A stretch of DNA of 64,000 bases. It comes from an uncultured Chloroflexia bacterium. GTDB taxonomy: Bacteria; Chloroflexota; Limnocylindria; Limnocylindrales; CSP1-4. The position numbers and the translations under genes are program-made. The notes beneath the pieces are model-generated. The model searched no databases, was not told the origin of the DNA, and saw only the letters and a program-made list of their open reading frames with translations. The DNA is taken from the NCBI GenBank assembly GCA_963752475.1, contig CAVVYR010000006.1, forward strand, positions 640,001 through 704,000, written 5' to 3'. Below are positions 41,969 to 52,735 of this stretch, piece by piece (positions within the stretch are counted from its first letter, which is position 1; each line of letters starts with the position of its first letter).

Positions 41969-43090
41969 CTACAAGAAGGAGAGTGGGTTGAGGGTGGTCC
42001 GACCGCGCCGCACCTCGAGGTGGAGGTGCGGTCCGGTGCTGTTGCCCGTGTTGCCCATGAAGCCGAGGACGTGGCCCTTCTTGACCTCCTCGCCCACACG
42101 CACGACGCGCTTCGGCTGCAGGTGCCCATAGAGCGTCTCGTGGCCGCCGGCGTGGGTCACAACGACCATGAACGCACGGCCGTGCTGGTCCCACGGGTTC
42201 CAGCCCACGTAGGTCACCACGCCGAAGGCCATGGCCCGCACGGGGGCGCCCTTGTAGCGCACGATGTCGATGCCGTCGTGGCCGGCGTGATAGCGCTGGC
42301 TGATCCGGCCGGTCACCGGCCAGGCGAACCTGGTGGTGACGCCCGGACGAGCGTCGGACTTCTTGACCGCGCGGATGCGGGCGTACTTGCTCATCGCCAG
42401 GATCCAGCTGCCCAGGTTGCGTTCGGCGGTCTCGCGCCGGGTCTGCGTGGAGCGGGCGTCGGCCTTGAGCGAGCGGACCTTGGTCTTGAGCGTGGACCAG
42501 TTGCGCTTGGTGCGCTTGGACTTGCGCTTGGCCACCTTGAAGCTGCGCTTGGCCTGTTTGACCTTCCGCTCGAGCTTCGGCAGGTCACGCGCATCAGCCG
42601 CGACGGGAGCGGTCGGCCGCTCGATGATCGCGGTCGGCGGGCTCAGCGCGAGCGCAGCCTGGCGCAGCGACAGGAACAGAGCACGCAGGGCCGCGACCAC
42701 CTCGGCGTCCAGCAGCGGTGCCACCGCGGCCGCGCGAGCCTCTCGTCGGGCCGTGGCCAGCTCCGACTTCGCCGTCTTGAGGCGCTTCTTGGCCTGGGCC
42801 CGCTTCGTGGTCCGCTTCTCGAGGGTGACCTCGATCTTCTTGACTTGGCGCACGGTCTGCTTCCTCGTCTTCTTGAGGCGCTGCAGCTCCTTGTCGGCCG
42901 TGCGCATCAGATCCTCCCAGTGGATCTGGGCTCGGCGCGTGGCCTTGATCTGCGGGGTCCAGTCCCTGGCCTCCGCGGGGGCGGCCCAGATCGCCGTGCT
43001 CGAGAGCAGGAAGAGCAGGCAGACGGCCAGCCCGAAGAGGCGGAGGCTGCGCGTTCGAGCGTCGAAGGCTCGCGACCCGAGGGCAGGCAC
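41969..43090 (-). CDS. Secreted basic coiled-coil M23 peptidase
   Basis: Signal peptide, HDGID, YGHL, GNSTGPHLHLE; start uncertain (43090 or 43105). Confidence 0.88.
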   Translation of the reverse strand: MPALGSRAFDARTRSLRLFGLAVCLLFLLSSTAIWAAPAEARDWTPQIKATRRAQIHWEDLMRTADKELQRLKKTRKQTVRQVKKIEVTLEKRTTKRAQAKKRLKTAKSELATARREARAAAVAPLLDAEVVAALRALFLSLRQAALALSPPTAIIERPTAPVAADARDLPKLERKVKQAKRSFKVAKRKSKRTKRNWSTLKTKVRSLKADARSTQTRRETAERNLGSWILAMSKYARIRAVKKSDARPGVTTRFAWPVTGRISQRYHAGHDGIDIVRYKGAPVRAMAFGVVTYVGWNPWDQHGRAFMVVVTHAGGHETLYGHLQPKRVVRVGEEVKKGHVLGFMGNTGNSTGPHLHLEVRRGRTTLNPLSFL

Positions 43091-43319
43091 GATCGCTTCT
43101 CCCATCCCTTCCGTGCGGCGCTCATTGGGCGTGGCTGACAGGATCTCCGACAGCGGAAACGTCCGCACCCAGATGCTACGCAGCGGTGGTCGACCAGCGA
43201 CGTGGGGCATCCGTCGGCCCGATGATGGGACTTTCGGTGGGGTCCGGTGTAGGGGAAACGGCACGAGGTGTTGCGCGAACGCCTACGACGCATGGCCGGA
43301 GCGGTGTAGCATCCGCGAC

Positions 43320-44597
43320 GTGAGCCGAACACTGGCGGTCGTCCTTGCTGGCGGCGAGGGAGAACGTCTATCACTGCTATCCGGCGTGCGCGCCAAGCCT
43401 GCCGTCCCGTTCGCGGGCAAGTTCCGCATCATCGACTTCACGCTGTCCAACTGCGTCAACTCGGGCTTGACCAACGTGATGGTGCTGACCCAGTACGCCC
43501 CGATGTCGCTCAACGACCACATCGGAGCGGGCCGCCCCTGGGACCTCGACCGGAACAGCGGTGGCATCCGCATCTTCCAGCCGTTCCTGTCGCGTGGACG
43601 TCCCCGCGAGTGGTACCTCGGCACCGCTGACGCGGTCGAAGCCAATCTCGAGCAGATCCGGCAGTCAGGCGCTGATCTCATCCTGGTGCTGGCTGGGGAC
43701 CACATCTACAAGATGGACTATGGCCCCTTCATCCAGCAGCACCGCCGCAAGCGGGCGGACGTGACCATCGCGGTCAAGCCGGTGCCCATCGAAGAGGCCC
43801 ATCGCTTCGGCCTGCTCGCCCTCGACGACAGCGACGCGGTCACGGAGTGGCAGGAGAAGCCGAAGAGCCCGAAGACGAACCTGGCCAGCCTGGGCATCTA
43901 CGTCTTCAGCCCCAAGGCTCTCGACAAGTGGGTCGAGGGTCGTAAGGACTTCGGCAGGCACGTGGTGCCGGACATGCTCGACGCCGGAGCCAGGGTCTAC
44001 GGCTACCGTTTCGAAGACTACTGGCAGGACGTGGGCACGGTGCACTCCTACTGGGAGAGCCAGATGGAGCTGCTCGACGATCACCCGCCGCTCGATCTCT
44101 ACGACCGAGACTGGGTCGTTCACACCCGCTCGGAGGAACGAGCACCCGCGCGCATCGGCAGCACCGCCAACGTCCACCGCAGCCTCATCAGCCACGGCTG
44201 CCAGATCTCCGGCACCGTCGAGCACTCGGTGCTCTCGCCGGGCGTGCGGGTCGACCCTGGGGCCATCGTCCGCGACAGCGTGATCATGTTCGATACCCAC
44301 ATCCGTGCCGGCGCCGTCGTCGACCGCGCCATCATCGACAAGGAAGTCAACGTCGGGCCGAACGCCATCGTCGGCACCGGCAACGACTTCGACACGCCCA
44401 ACGTGGACGAGCCGGAGCGGCTCAACACCGGCATCACCATCGTGGGCAAGCGCGCGCAGATCCCGGCCTCGGCCCGGATCGGGCGCAACGTCCGCATCGC
44501 CGGCGAGGTCCGGCCCGCCGACTTCAAGTCCAAGCGGGTCACCAGCGGTTCGAGTGTCGAGCTCAAGGCACGCAGGGCCCGCAAGCCCAGGAAGTAG
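43320..44597 (+). CDS. glgC: Glucose-1-phosphate adenylyltransferase
   Basis: LAGGEGERL...[42 protein letters not shown]. Confidence 0.95.
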   Translation: MSRTLAVVLAGGEGERLSLLSGVRAKPAVPFAGKFRIIDFTLSNCVNSGLTNVMVLTQYAPMSLNDHIGAGRPWDLDRNSGGIRIFQPFLSRGRPREWYLGTADAVEANLEQIRQSGADLILVLAGDHIYKMDYGPFIQQHRRKRADVTIAVKPVPIEEAHRFGLLALDDSDAVTEWQEKPKSPKTNLASLGIYVFSPKALDKWVEGRKDFGRHVVPDMLDAGARVYGYRFEDYWQDVGTVHSYWESQMELLDDHPPLDLYDRDWVVHTRSEERAPARIGSTANVHRSLISHGCQISGTVEHSVLSPGVRVDPGAIVRDSVIMFDTHIRAGAVVDRAIIDKEVNVGPNAIVGTGNDFDTPNVDEPERLNTGITIVGKRAQIPASARIGRNVRIAGEVRPADFKSKRVTSGSSVELKARRARKPRK

Positions 44598-44614
44598 CCC
44601 TGACCGACGACGCC

Positions 44615-45151
44615 GTGGGTGTGCTCGAAGCGGCGACGGTGGATGCCTGGCTGGCCGAGTTCGAGCTCGAGGCCATCGACCGCGGCGAGCGCGACGGGGT
44701 CACCAGCTGGGACCTGCGCCTCGACGGGCTGCGCCGGGCCGATATCCGGCTGACGATCATCCTGGACCCGCGCAGCGTGATGCTGCTGTGGGTCCACTTC
44801 GCCCCGCCGTTGAACGACAGCTTCCGCGTCTCGTATCGCCAGTTCCTGCGCTGGAACGATGAGCTGCCTTTCGTGAAGTTCGCGCTCTCCGCCGACGACC
44901 GGCCGGTGCTGACCTCCGAGTTGCCCATCGAGCGTCTCGACATCGATGGCTTCGGCGTGGCTGTCTGTCGTCTGCTGGCCATCTGCGACCTCACGCTCGA
45001 CCGCTCGGTGGTATGGCTGTACCCGGGACGCAAGTCGGCGCCACCGATGGGCCGACCCTCGCGCGGGGAGGCCCTGTTCGAGCGGTACGCGGATGGACTT
45101 GCGGAGCTCAGCGAGACACGGCTCGAGGACGGAGACGCCGAGCTCGCCTGA
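44615..45151 (+). CDS. YbjN-like domain protein
   Basis: Small acidic protein with YRQFLRWNDELPFVKFAL pattern typical of YbjN/T3SS-chaperone-like fold. Confidence 0.6.
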   Translation: MGVLEAATVDAWLAEFELEAIDRGERDGVTSWDLRLDGLRRADIRLTIILDPRSVMLLWVHFAPPLNDSFRVSYRQFLRWNDELPFVKFALSADDRPVLTSELPIERLDIDGFGVAVCRLLAICDLTLDRSVVWLYPGRKSAPPMGRPSRGEALFERYADGLAELSETRLEDGDAELA

Positions 45152-45238
45152 GGTTTCGCTGGTGATGGGCTAGCATCCGCGCCAACCCGCGGGGTCGTCA
45201 CGCGGGAGGAGGCACACGCCTTCGGCTAGGGGACCGCC

Positions 45239-47570
45239 GTGCAGCAACGACCGAGGCCGCGATCGATGCCTGGTCCGGTGGCGCCCGTCGTGGTGCGCGC
45301 ACAAGGTGCGGTGCCGCCGCTGGCAACCGCGCCGGAGCGAGGGCGCTTCCGTCCCGATATCGAGGGCTTGCGTGGCATCGCGGTGCTGCTCGTCGTCCTC
45401 TTCCACGCCTGGCCGGAGTTGCTCGGCGGCGGCTTCATCGGCGTCGATGTCTTCTTCGTCATCAGCGGCTTCCTCATCACCGGGCTGCTCTACCGCGAGC
45501 TCGCGGCACATGGTCGCATCAGCTTCCGTGACTTCTACGTCCGGCGCATCCGCCGCCTCTTCCCGGCCGCGTCGCTCGCGCTGCTGGTCACGTTCCTGCT
45601 CTCCGCCTGGTTGCTCTCGCCACTGGCGCTGCCGCGCGTGACCGGCGATGGTGTGGCTGCCGCGCTGTCGGTCGCGAACATCCGCTTCGCGCTCGCGAGC
45701 GGGGACTACTTCACGGCCGTGGCCACGCCCTCGCCGTTCCTGCACTACTGGTCGCTGAGCGTGGAGGAGCAGTTCTACCTCGTGTGGCCCGCGACCCTGC
45801 TGCTGGTGGCGCGCTTCGGAGGGCTGCGCCTGCTGGCCCCGGCCATCCTGGCCATCACGGTCCTGTCGCTGGTGCTGGCGGTGGTGGGTACCGAGGTCGC
45901 TGCCGGCTGGGCCTTCTACTCGTTGCCCACGCGCGCATGGCAGCTGGCCGTCGGCGGACTGTTGGCCATCGTGGCCCTCGACCGGTTCCGCGAGCGGGGG
46001 CGTGTCGGGACTGCTCGCGCTCGCCGGCTGGGTCGGCCTCGGTGGCGTGCTGCTCGCGGGCTACGTCTTCGACGACCTGCTGGCCTACCCGGGGTGGTGG
46101 GCCCTGCTGCCGACGCTGGGTGCCCTGCTCGTCGTGGCCGGTGGTGATCGTCGCCTCGGGCCCGGCCTGCTGCTGCGACTGGCGCCAGTGCGCTTCACCG
46201 GCCGCATCAGCTACGCCCTCTACCTCTGGCACTGGCCGCTGTTGGTGTTGCCGGCCTCGGCCTGGGGCGAAGAGCTGCCGGCGGTCGCTCGTCTGGCGCT
46301 GGTGGCACTGGCGTTCGTCGTGGCCGCTGCCAGCACGCTGCTCATGGAGGAGCCCATCCGGCGCGGTACGTTCGGCTTCCGCGGCCGGTCGCTACGTGCG
46401 GCCGCTCCACCCCTCGCGGCCATGGCCCTGGCGGTCGTCATCGGGGTCGGAGCCACGAGCTGGGTGACGGAGCGGACGCTGGCCGAGGTTCGTGGCGGTG
46501 ACGTGGCCGCGGCCGAACCGCCGGTGGACGTCGAGGGCGACGCGCTCATCGAAGGACTCATCGACGAGGAGCCGAGCGCTCAGGAGTCGAGGACCGCACC
46601 TGGGCCGACGCCCACACCGACTCCTGTGCCGACCCGCAAGCCGAAGGCGGCCGAGAGGTCGGCGGCCGAGCCTGTGGTCGACCCTGCCGCGAAGCCGACG
46701 AAGAAGCCGAAGCGAACACCGAAGCCGGCACCGAAGCCGAAGAAGACACCCAGGCCCGGACCTGACTGGAGCCTGCCCAAGGACGTCCAGCCCAGTCTCA
46801 TCGCGGCGCCGGACGACTTCGAGTTCCTCAAGAAGAACGCCTGCCTGCAAGGGGAGTCCGCGACGTGGCCGAAGTCCTGTGCCTTCGGCAAGACCTCTTC
46901 GCGGCACACGATCGCGCTGGTCGGCGACTCCCACGCCTCGCACTGGTTCCCGGCGCTTCGCCGTGTGGCCGACGACAACGGTTGGCGCCTGGAGACCTAC
47001 GTGAAGGTCTCCTGTCCCTTCACCGATATCCTCGTGCGCAACCTCGAGAAGAAGAAGAAGTACAAGGAGTGCCTGAAGTTCAACGAGGCCGTGGTGCAGA
47101 AGCTCAAGGCCAGCAAGCCCGATGTCGTGGTCACCGCCCTCAGTCGATGGCAGCACCCGGTGGGTGACGACTACGACAGCCCCTACGCTCAGGGTGAGGG
47201 CGTCGCGCGCATGCTCGAGCAGGTGCCGGGCAAGCCCGTGGTCATCGCCGATGTGCCCTATCCGGGACAGGACGTGCCCGAGTGCCTGGCCAAGAACCTC
47301 AAGGACATCCGGCCCTGTGCTGCCCCGGCGCGCAACCGCAACGCCGGAGGTTCACCGACACGCGAGCGCCAGGCGGCCAACGCGTCGGGCGGTGTGATGC
47401 TGAACTTCTACGACCTCATCTGTAAGCAGAACGACCGCTGCCTGCCGGTGCGCGACGGCGTCATCATCTGGCGCGACCACCACCATCTGACCGCGACCTT
47501 CGCCCGTTCGCTGGCCCCGGCGCTCGATCGCGCGCTGCAGAGGGTCGTGCCTAAACGGATGCGCAAGTAG
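45239..47570 (+). pseudogene. OatA-like acyltransferase-3 + SGNH fusion, one frameshift in a G run near 45996-46001
   Basis: FRPDIEGLRGIAV, GVDVFFVISGF, HYWSLSVEEQFY; second frame GRISYALYLWHWP, GDSHA, DHHH. Confidence 0.85.
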
Positions 47571-47579
47571 CGCGTCCAC

Positions 47580-48155
47580 TCACTCCAGCTCGTTCGCTTG
47601 GGCCACGCGGGCCAGCCAGAACAGCCCCACAAGCGTCTTGGCATCCTCGATCTGGCCACGATCGGCCATCGCGACCGCCTCGCGCCAGGGCACGCGCACG
47701 AGGTCCAGGTACTCGTCGACATCAGGGCCGCGGTAGTCGGCCAGTGGCTCCAGGTCGGTCGCGAGGTAGAGGTGCATCTCCTCTTCGGTGAAGCCGGGCG
47801 CAGTCCAGAAGCGGCCGAGCTTGCGCCATGTCGCTGCCCGGTGGCCGGTCTCCTCCTCGAGCTCGCGCGGGGCCGCACCGTCGGGATCCTCGATGGTGCC
47901 GTCGTCCAGACGGTCGAGCGTGCCCGCCGGCAGCTCCAGGATGACCTGCTCCACCGGCGTGCGCCACTGCCGCACCATGAGCACGTCATCGCCCGTGACG
48001 GGAACGACGCAGACGGCGCCAGGGTGTTCCACGATCTCGCGTGGGTGGCGCGCCCCACCGGCATCTTCGATGGTGTCGACCCGGAAGGTCATGAAACGGC
48101 CGCGATGGACGACGCGCCGTTCCACGGTCGTCTCGCGCAGGTGTTCGTCGGTCAT
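47580..48155 (-). CDS. nudF: NUDIX hydrolase (ADP-ribose pyrophosphatase-like)
   Basis: HPGAV, RQWR, ELPAG...RELEEETG, PGF, DAKT. Confidence 0.88.
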   Translation of the reverse strand: MTDEHLRETTVERRVVHRGRFMTFRVDTIEDAGGARHPREIVEHPGAVCVVPVTGDDVLMVRQWRTPVEQVILELPAGTLDRLDDGTIEDPDGAAPRELEEETGHRAATWRKLGRFWTAPGFTEEEMHLYLATDLEPLADYRGPDVDEYLDLVRVPWREAVAMADRGQIEDAKTLVGLFWLARVAQANELE

Positions 48156-48402
48156 CTCGGGAGCATACGGGCTGCGCGTGGCACCACGCGGGCCGCCGTG
48201 ACGGTGGTGCAGGGGGGTGCTCGATGCGGTGAAGGGCAGTGCCGGTCGGTGCGTGCGTGCACACCCCGTCCTAGTACCACTTCGCCATGGAGGGTACGAG
48301 CGTTCTTCGAGACGATGCGTCGCGTCAGGGAACGGCCCTCGACCGAGACCCGAGCACTCGCAGCACCCAGGGCACTGGCCCGATCTCATAGGAGACTCAG
48401 GG

Positions 48403-48486
48403 ATGAGCCGATACAAGGATCTGGCGCTCCGCCTCGCGGTAGTCGCTGCGTTCGTGCTCACGCTGGCGGCACCGCTCCGCTGGTAA
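48403..48486 (+). CDS. Small hydrophobic peptide (27 aa) MSRYKDLALRLAVVAAFVLTLAAPLRW
   Basis: AGGAGA RBS 7 nt upstream, signal-peptide-like n/h regions, TAA stop, followed by a hairpin and the DUF5317-like gene. Confidence 0.75.
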   Translation: MSRYKDLALRLAVVAAFVLTLAAPLRW

Positions 48487-48506
48487 GCACGTAGATACCC
48501 ACCACC

Positions 48507-48546
48507 GGGGCCGACGAACCTCAACCTCGCGCAACTCGTCGGCCCC
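48507..48546 (+). terminator. Hairpin between peptide gene and DUF5317-like gene
   Basis: GGGGCCGACGA-N18-TCGTCGGCCCC (11-bp perfect stem, no U tract). Confidence 0.55.
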
Positions 48547-48632
48547 ATTCGCATCTCCGATCGCGAGACCTGATGACCGTGCCGCCGGCGCCACGTGCGC
48601 CGGCGTCGCCATAGCGGAGGCCGGAAACCGAC

Positions 48633-49223
48633 GTGCTGTTGCTCTACTCCATCGCTGCCGGCCTCTTCGTCGGTCGGTTGCTGGGTGGCCGCGTACGCAA
48701 CATCGAGCACGTCCGCTTCGTCTGGTGGCAGCTGGCCCTGGCCGGTCTGGCCGTGCAGCTGATCCTCTTCGCTGATCCGATCCAGGAGCGCATCGGATCC
48801 GCCGGCGCGGCCATCTACGTCGTCTCGACGCTGGCTGTGCTGGTGGCGCTGCTGCGCAACCTGCGCTTGCCGGGACTGGTGGTCATCGCCGTCGGCGCGA
48901 CACTCAACCTCGTACCCATCCTGACCAACGGCGGCTACATGCCCTCCTCGCCCGAGGTCTGGCGAGAGCTGACGGGCGTGGCCGCCGTGCCGGTGGCCTA
49001 CTACAGCAACGTCACCCTCATCGGGCCCGACACCTGGTTCCCGTTCCTGGGCGACATCTTCGTCTTCCCACGACCCTTGCCGATGGCCACAGCCTTCTCG
49101 CTCGGCGATGCCGTCATCGCCCTCGGCGCTGTCATCTTCCTCGTGAGTGCGATGCGCTCGCCGGCGTCGTCGGAACCCACACGGCCCATAGCTGACCCAC
49201 TGCTGGTGGCTCGCCGATGGTGA
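48633..49223 (+). CDS. DUF5317-like membrane protein
   Basis: GRLLGGR, N...PG......G..LN.....NGGYMP, FLGDIF, FSLGD; multiple TMs; GGAGG RBS. Confidence 0.8.
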   Translation: MLLLYSIAAGLFVGRLLGGRVRNIEHVRFVWWQLALAGLAVQLILFADPIQERIGSAGAAIYVVSTLAVLVALLRNLRLPGLVVIAVGATLNLVPILTNGGYMPSSPEVWRELTGVAAVPVAYYSNVTLIGPDTWFPFLGDIFVFPRPLPMATAFSLGDAVIALGAVIFLVSAMRSPASSEPTRPIADPLLVARRW

Positions 49224-51211
49224 TGCTGGCCCAGGACGCGACCGACGCCCTGACACGCCTCGCCCGGGACATCGACGCCGACCACGGCGTACATCTGTAT
49301 CTGGACCGCGGTGACGGTGTGCTCGAGCTGATCGCGTCAGTGCGTGAGGGCGAGGCACTGACGGCGGTAGACGTCGCAGCACAGAACGACCCTGCACCCG
49401 AACGTCGGGACGCCGGACCCCTGCGGCGATGGCTGCCCGGTGGCCGGAAGGACGATCCCGGACCTGGTGCGGTCACCAACCTGTCCCTGCCCGATGAGCG
49501 CGCCAGCCTCCTGACCCTCGAGCGCAAGCGCCGTGAGCCTTTCAACGACGAGGACCTGGCCATCGCTCGCGTTCGCGCCCGCCAGCTGGTGAGCAATGTC
49601 GCCACCCGTCTGGGCCCCCGGCCCATCGCTTGGTCCGCGCAGCTGGAGGCCGTCCAGTCCGTCGCGGCCCAGCTCACACGCCTGACGAGCGTGGAGGAGG
49701 TGAGCGCCGCGCTCTGCTCCCAGACGCAGCGCGTGGTGGCCTTCGACAACGCCCGCGTCTACGTCCTGCGCAAGGACGGTCGGACGCTCGATCCAGTGGC
49801 CTTCCGGCCGCACGCTCGCGAGTACCACGGCGAGTCGGCCGCCGGGTTGCGTGTGACCGTGGGGGAGGGCATCACCGGCTGGGTCGCCTCGACCGGTCAG
49901 CAACTCATCGTCGACGACGCCGCAGCTGACCCTCGCGCGGTGCAGGTGCCGGGGTCGCCCGACCTGAGCGAGGAGTCGATGCTGCTGGCGCCACTGCGCT
50001 CCGAGAGCCGCGTGATCGGCGTGGTCGTGCTCTCGCGTCTGGGCCTGGCCCGCTTCTCCGACGATGAGTTGCGCCTGCTGGGCGTCCTCGCCGACCAAGC
50101 GGCCGTGGCCATCGAGAACGCTCGTCTGCTGACCGAGCGGGACCGTCACGTGGCTGAGCTCAAGGCCCTGCTCGAGATCGCCGACGCCGGGGGGGCGGCT
50201 TCGGACGAGCGCGATCTGGCCAACGTGCTCGCGGCCAAGCTCCGCACCGCCTCGGGCATGGATGCCTGTCTCATCTCACGTTGGGACGCGGAGACCGGCC
50301 GACTCTCGCCCATCGGCGCCGACGGCCGTCCGCTCATCGGCCCGCAACGCGACCCCAACGTCCACCGTACCTTGCGCCAGGTGCTCATGAACGATCAGCC
50401 GGTGTGGCTCGATCCAGGCGTGGAGTCGCTCGAGCCGGCCGAGCTCTCGCGCCTGCATCAGCTGGGCGGTGCGGCCACCATGCTGTTGCCGCTTTCGACC
50501 CGTGGCCGTGTGGCCGGTGTCCTCGAACTCATCGCCGAGAGCTCCGGGCGTCGCTTCAGCGACGGTGAGACGACGCTGTTGCGGGCGATGGCCAACCAGG
50601 CGGCCTCCGCACTCGAGAACGCACGCCTGATGCGCCAGCTTCGCGATGCGGCCGAGACCGACCTCGTGACCGGCATCTACAGCCATCGACACCTGCAGGA
50701 TCGCATTCGTCAGGAGGTCGCACGGGCAGCCCGCGGCCATGTACCCCTGAGCGTGCTGATGGTGGACCTCGACGACTTCAAGCGCATCAACGACCAGCAC
50801 GGCCACCAGGCCGGCGACCGCGTGCTGCGTGCCATCGGGGGCGCCTTGCGCGCGGCCGTACGCACCAGCGACGTGGTCGCGCGCTACGGCGGTGATGAGT
50901 TCGTCGTGCTCATGCCCGACACCGACGAGGATGAGGCCAGCACGGTGGCCCAGCGAGCCGAAGCAGCCGTGGCCGAGCTGCAACATCCTATGGCCGAGGG
51001 CACCACCGTGCAGGTCACCTGCAGCGTGGGCCTGGCGCTCCATCCACGAGATGGAAGATCGGGCAAGGAGCTGCTGCGAGCAGCCGACGCACAGATGTAC
51101 CGGCACAAGCGCTCGCGCGCACCCGGGCGACGGCGTGATGGCTCGGGTGAGCCGGCCTCAGTCGAGATACACGCGGCCGTGCCGTTGCCGGTGCCGCAGA
51201 CCTCGTCGTAG
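49217..51211 (+). CDS. GAF-domain diguanylate cyclase
   Basis: Two clear GAF domains (GEGITGWVA; QAAVAIENARL; QAASALENARL), DLDDFKRIND.HGH..GD, RTSD I-site, RYGGDEF. Confidence 0.94.
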   Translation: MVMLAQDATDALTRLARDIDADHGVHLYLDRGDGVLELIASVREGEALTAVDVAAQNDPAPERRDAGPLRRWLPGGRKDDPGPGAVTNLSLPDERASLLTLERKRREPFNDEDLAIARVRARQLVSNVATRLGPRPIAWSAQLEAVQSVAAQLTRLTSVEEVSAALCSQTQRVVAFDNARVYVLRKDGRTLDPVAFRPHAREYHGESAAGLRVTVGEGITGWVASTGQQLIVDDAAADPRAVQVPGSPDLSEESMLLAPLRSESRVIGVVVLSRLGLARFSDDELRLLGVLADQAAVAIENARLLTERDRHVAELKALLEIADAGGAASDERDLANVLAAKLRTASGMDACLISRWDAETGRLSPIGADGRPLIGPQRDPNVHRTLRQVLMNDQPVWLDPGVESLEPAELSRLHQLGGAATMLLPLSTRGRVAGVLELIAESSGRRFSDGETTLLRAMANQAASALENARLMRQLRDAAETDLVTGIYSHRHLQDRIRQEVARAARGHVPLSVLMVDLDDFKRINDQHGHQAGDRVLRAIGGALRAAVRTSDVVARYGGDEFVVLMPDTDEDEASTVAQRAEAAVAELQHPMAEGTTVQVTCSVGLALHPRDGRSGKELLRAADAQMYRHKRSRAPGRRRDGSGEPASVEIHAAVPLPVPQTSS

Positions 51212-51272
51212 TCAGCAGACCGCGCCTGAGACAGTTCGCAGCGATCGTCTTCGATTGGCTGACCGAATCGAT

Positions 51273-51332
51273 TCTTTGTAAACGGTCTTGACAAAGGACC
51301 TATCCTTACTTGGTCCAGACCGCTGACAAAGT
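51273..51332. promoter_or_regulatory. Two ROK-type operator palindromes over the promoter
   Basis: TCTTTGTAAACGGTCTTGACAAAGG (51273-97, contains TTGACA) and ACTTGGTCCAGACCGCTGACAAAGT (51308-32). Confidence 0.65.
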
Positions 51333-51340
51333 GAGGTTCG

Positions 51341-52537
51341 TTGATCGAGAGCCCGCCTGCCAAGGCGACCCACCGGGATACGCGACGCTCGAACGAACGC
51401 CTCGTCCTCCGCACCATCCACGAGGGTGGTCCGATGAGTCGAGCTGATGTGGCGCGGGCCACGAGCCTCACGCGCACGACCGTCTCGGATCTCGTCGAAG
51501 GCCTGCTTGATGACGGACTCGTGGTCGAGGCCGGGACGGGTCCGTCGACCGGCGGCAAGGCCCCCATCCTGCTGCGCGTACCGGCCGACGCCCGCCAACT
51601 CGTGGGCGTCGATGTCGACGCTCACCGTCTCAGTGGCGTGGTCGTCGACCTGCACGGGGACGTGTGTGTACGGGACGCGCGTGAGCTCCGCGAGTGCGAC
51701 GGCCCGCAGGCCCTCCGTGAGCTCGAGTCGCTGGTGCTTTCGTTGACCAAGGCGGCGGACCGTCCGCTGGTCGGCGTGGGCGTGGGCACGCCCGGCCTCG
51801 TGGACAGGGCCTCGGGCATCGTGCGCTGGGCGGTCGGGCTCGACTGGAAGGACGAGCCCGTCGGCGCGCGCCTCTCGGACCTCACTGGCCTGCCGGCCAT
51901 CGTGGTCAATGACTCGCAGGCGGCAGCGATGGCGGAGTGGGCCTTCGGTCGACATGACACCGGTTCCGCCATGGTCGTGGTCAAGGTGGGGGAGGGCATC
52001 GGCGCCGGCATCATCCTCGGGGGCCGCCTCTACACGGGCGAGGACTCGGGGGCCGGCGAGATCGGCCACACGCGCGTGAACGAAGAGGATGGCCTCTGTC
52101 GCTGCGGCAGCACCGGCTGTCTCGAGACCGTGGCCAGCCAGCGAGCGGTGCTGGCGCGCGCCCGGCATCTGGCGAGCGAGCGGCCCGGCTGGGCCCTGGC
52201 GGGCAAGCCGGTGACCCACGAAGCGTTGCTCGCGGCCTTCGAAACAGGCGATGCCCTGGCGCGTGACGTCGTGCTCGAGAGCGCGTCGCCGCTGGGACGG
52301 GTCATCGGAGCCATCATCGGGGTCCTCGGCGCTCGGGACATCGTCCTCGTCGGCCCCATGGCCGACTTCGGGGAGCCGTGGCTGCAGCAGATTCGTGCCG
52401 AGGCGCGACGCTCCGCCCTGCCCCTGCTGGTGGAACGCTCCACCATCCATCTCGGCCGTACCGGCGACGACGTCGTCGAGCTGGGTGCGGCGGCCATGCT
52501 GATGACGTCCGAGCTCGGGCTCGCGCTCGCCGCATGA
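51341..52537 (+). CDS. ROK-family transcriptional repressor (NagC/XylR-like)
   Basis: SRADVARATSLTRTTVS HTH, GIGAG, GEIGH, CRCGSTGCLE. Confidence 0.93.
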   Translation: MIESPPAKATHRDTRRSNERLVLRTIHEGGPMSRADVARATSLTRTTVSDLVEGLLDDGLVVEAGTGPSTGGKAPILLRVPADARQLVGVDVDAHRLSGVVVDLHGDVCVRDARELRECDGPQALRELESLVLSLTKAADRPLVGVGVGTPGLVDRASGIVRWAVGLDWKDEPVGARLSDLTGLPAIVVNDSQAAAMAEWAFGRHDTGSAMVVVKVGEGIGAGIILGGRLYTGEDSGAGEIGHTRVNEEDGLCRCGSTGCLETVASQRAVLARARHLASERPGWALAGKPVTHEALLAAFETGDALARDVVLESASPLGRVIGAIIGVLGARDIVLVGPMADFGEPWLQQIRAEARRSALPLLVERSTIHLGRTGDDVVELGAAAMLMTSELGLALAA

Positions 52538-52735
52538 CGTGCGCGACGGCCCTGAAGCGGGCGCTCATCAGGACTAGCATTCGCGGTCTACGAGACCGTC
52601 GCGGCCTCTCGCGTTGGAGGGCGCCGAGGGAGGAGGGCAGCGAAGGCTTGTGATGGCCGGGCGCGCACGCGCCCCGGTATCCGTTTCCATGGAACTTCTC
52701 GTCCGAAGTCCGGGCGGGATCAAGGAGGAGGTGTG

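Noticed and set aside
41885-43260. c-di-AMP (ydaO) riboswitch upstream of M23 genes
   Set aside because: Conserved GCTGAA/GGGGAA/GTCAGCTAAC blocks not found in either leader
42333-43319. N-terminal extension of glgC (754-aa ORF)
   Set aside because: Antisense to an M23 gene; GlgC motifs start at GTG 43320
48156-49397. 605-aa NUDIX ORF extension
   Set aside because: Antisense shadow of the peptide and DUF5317-like genes; NUDIX starts at 48155
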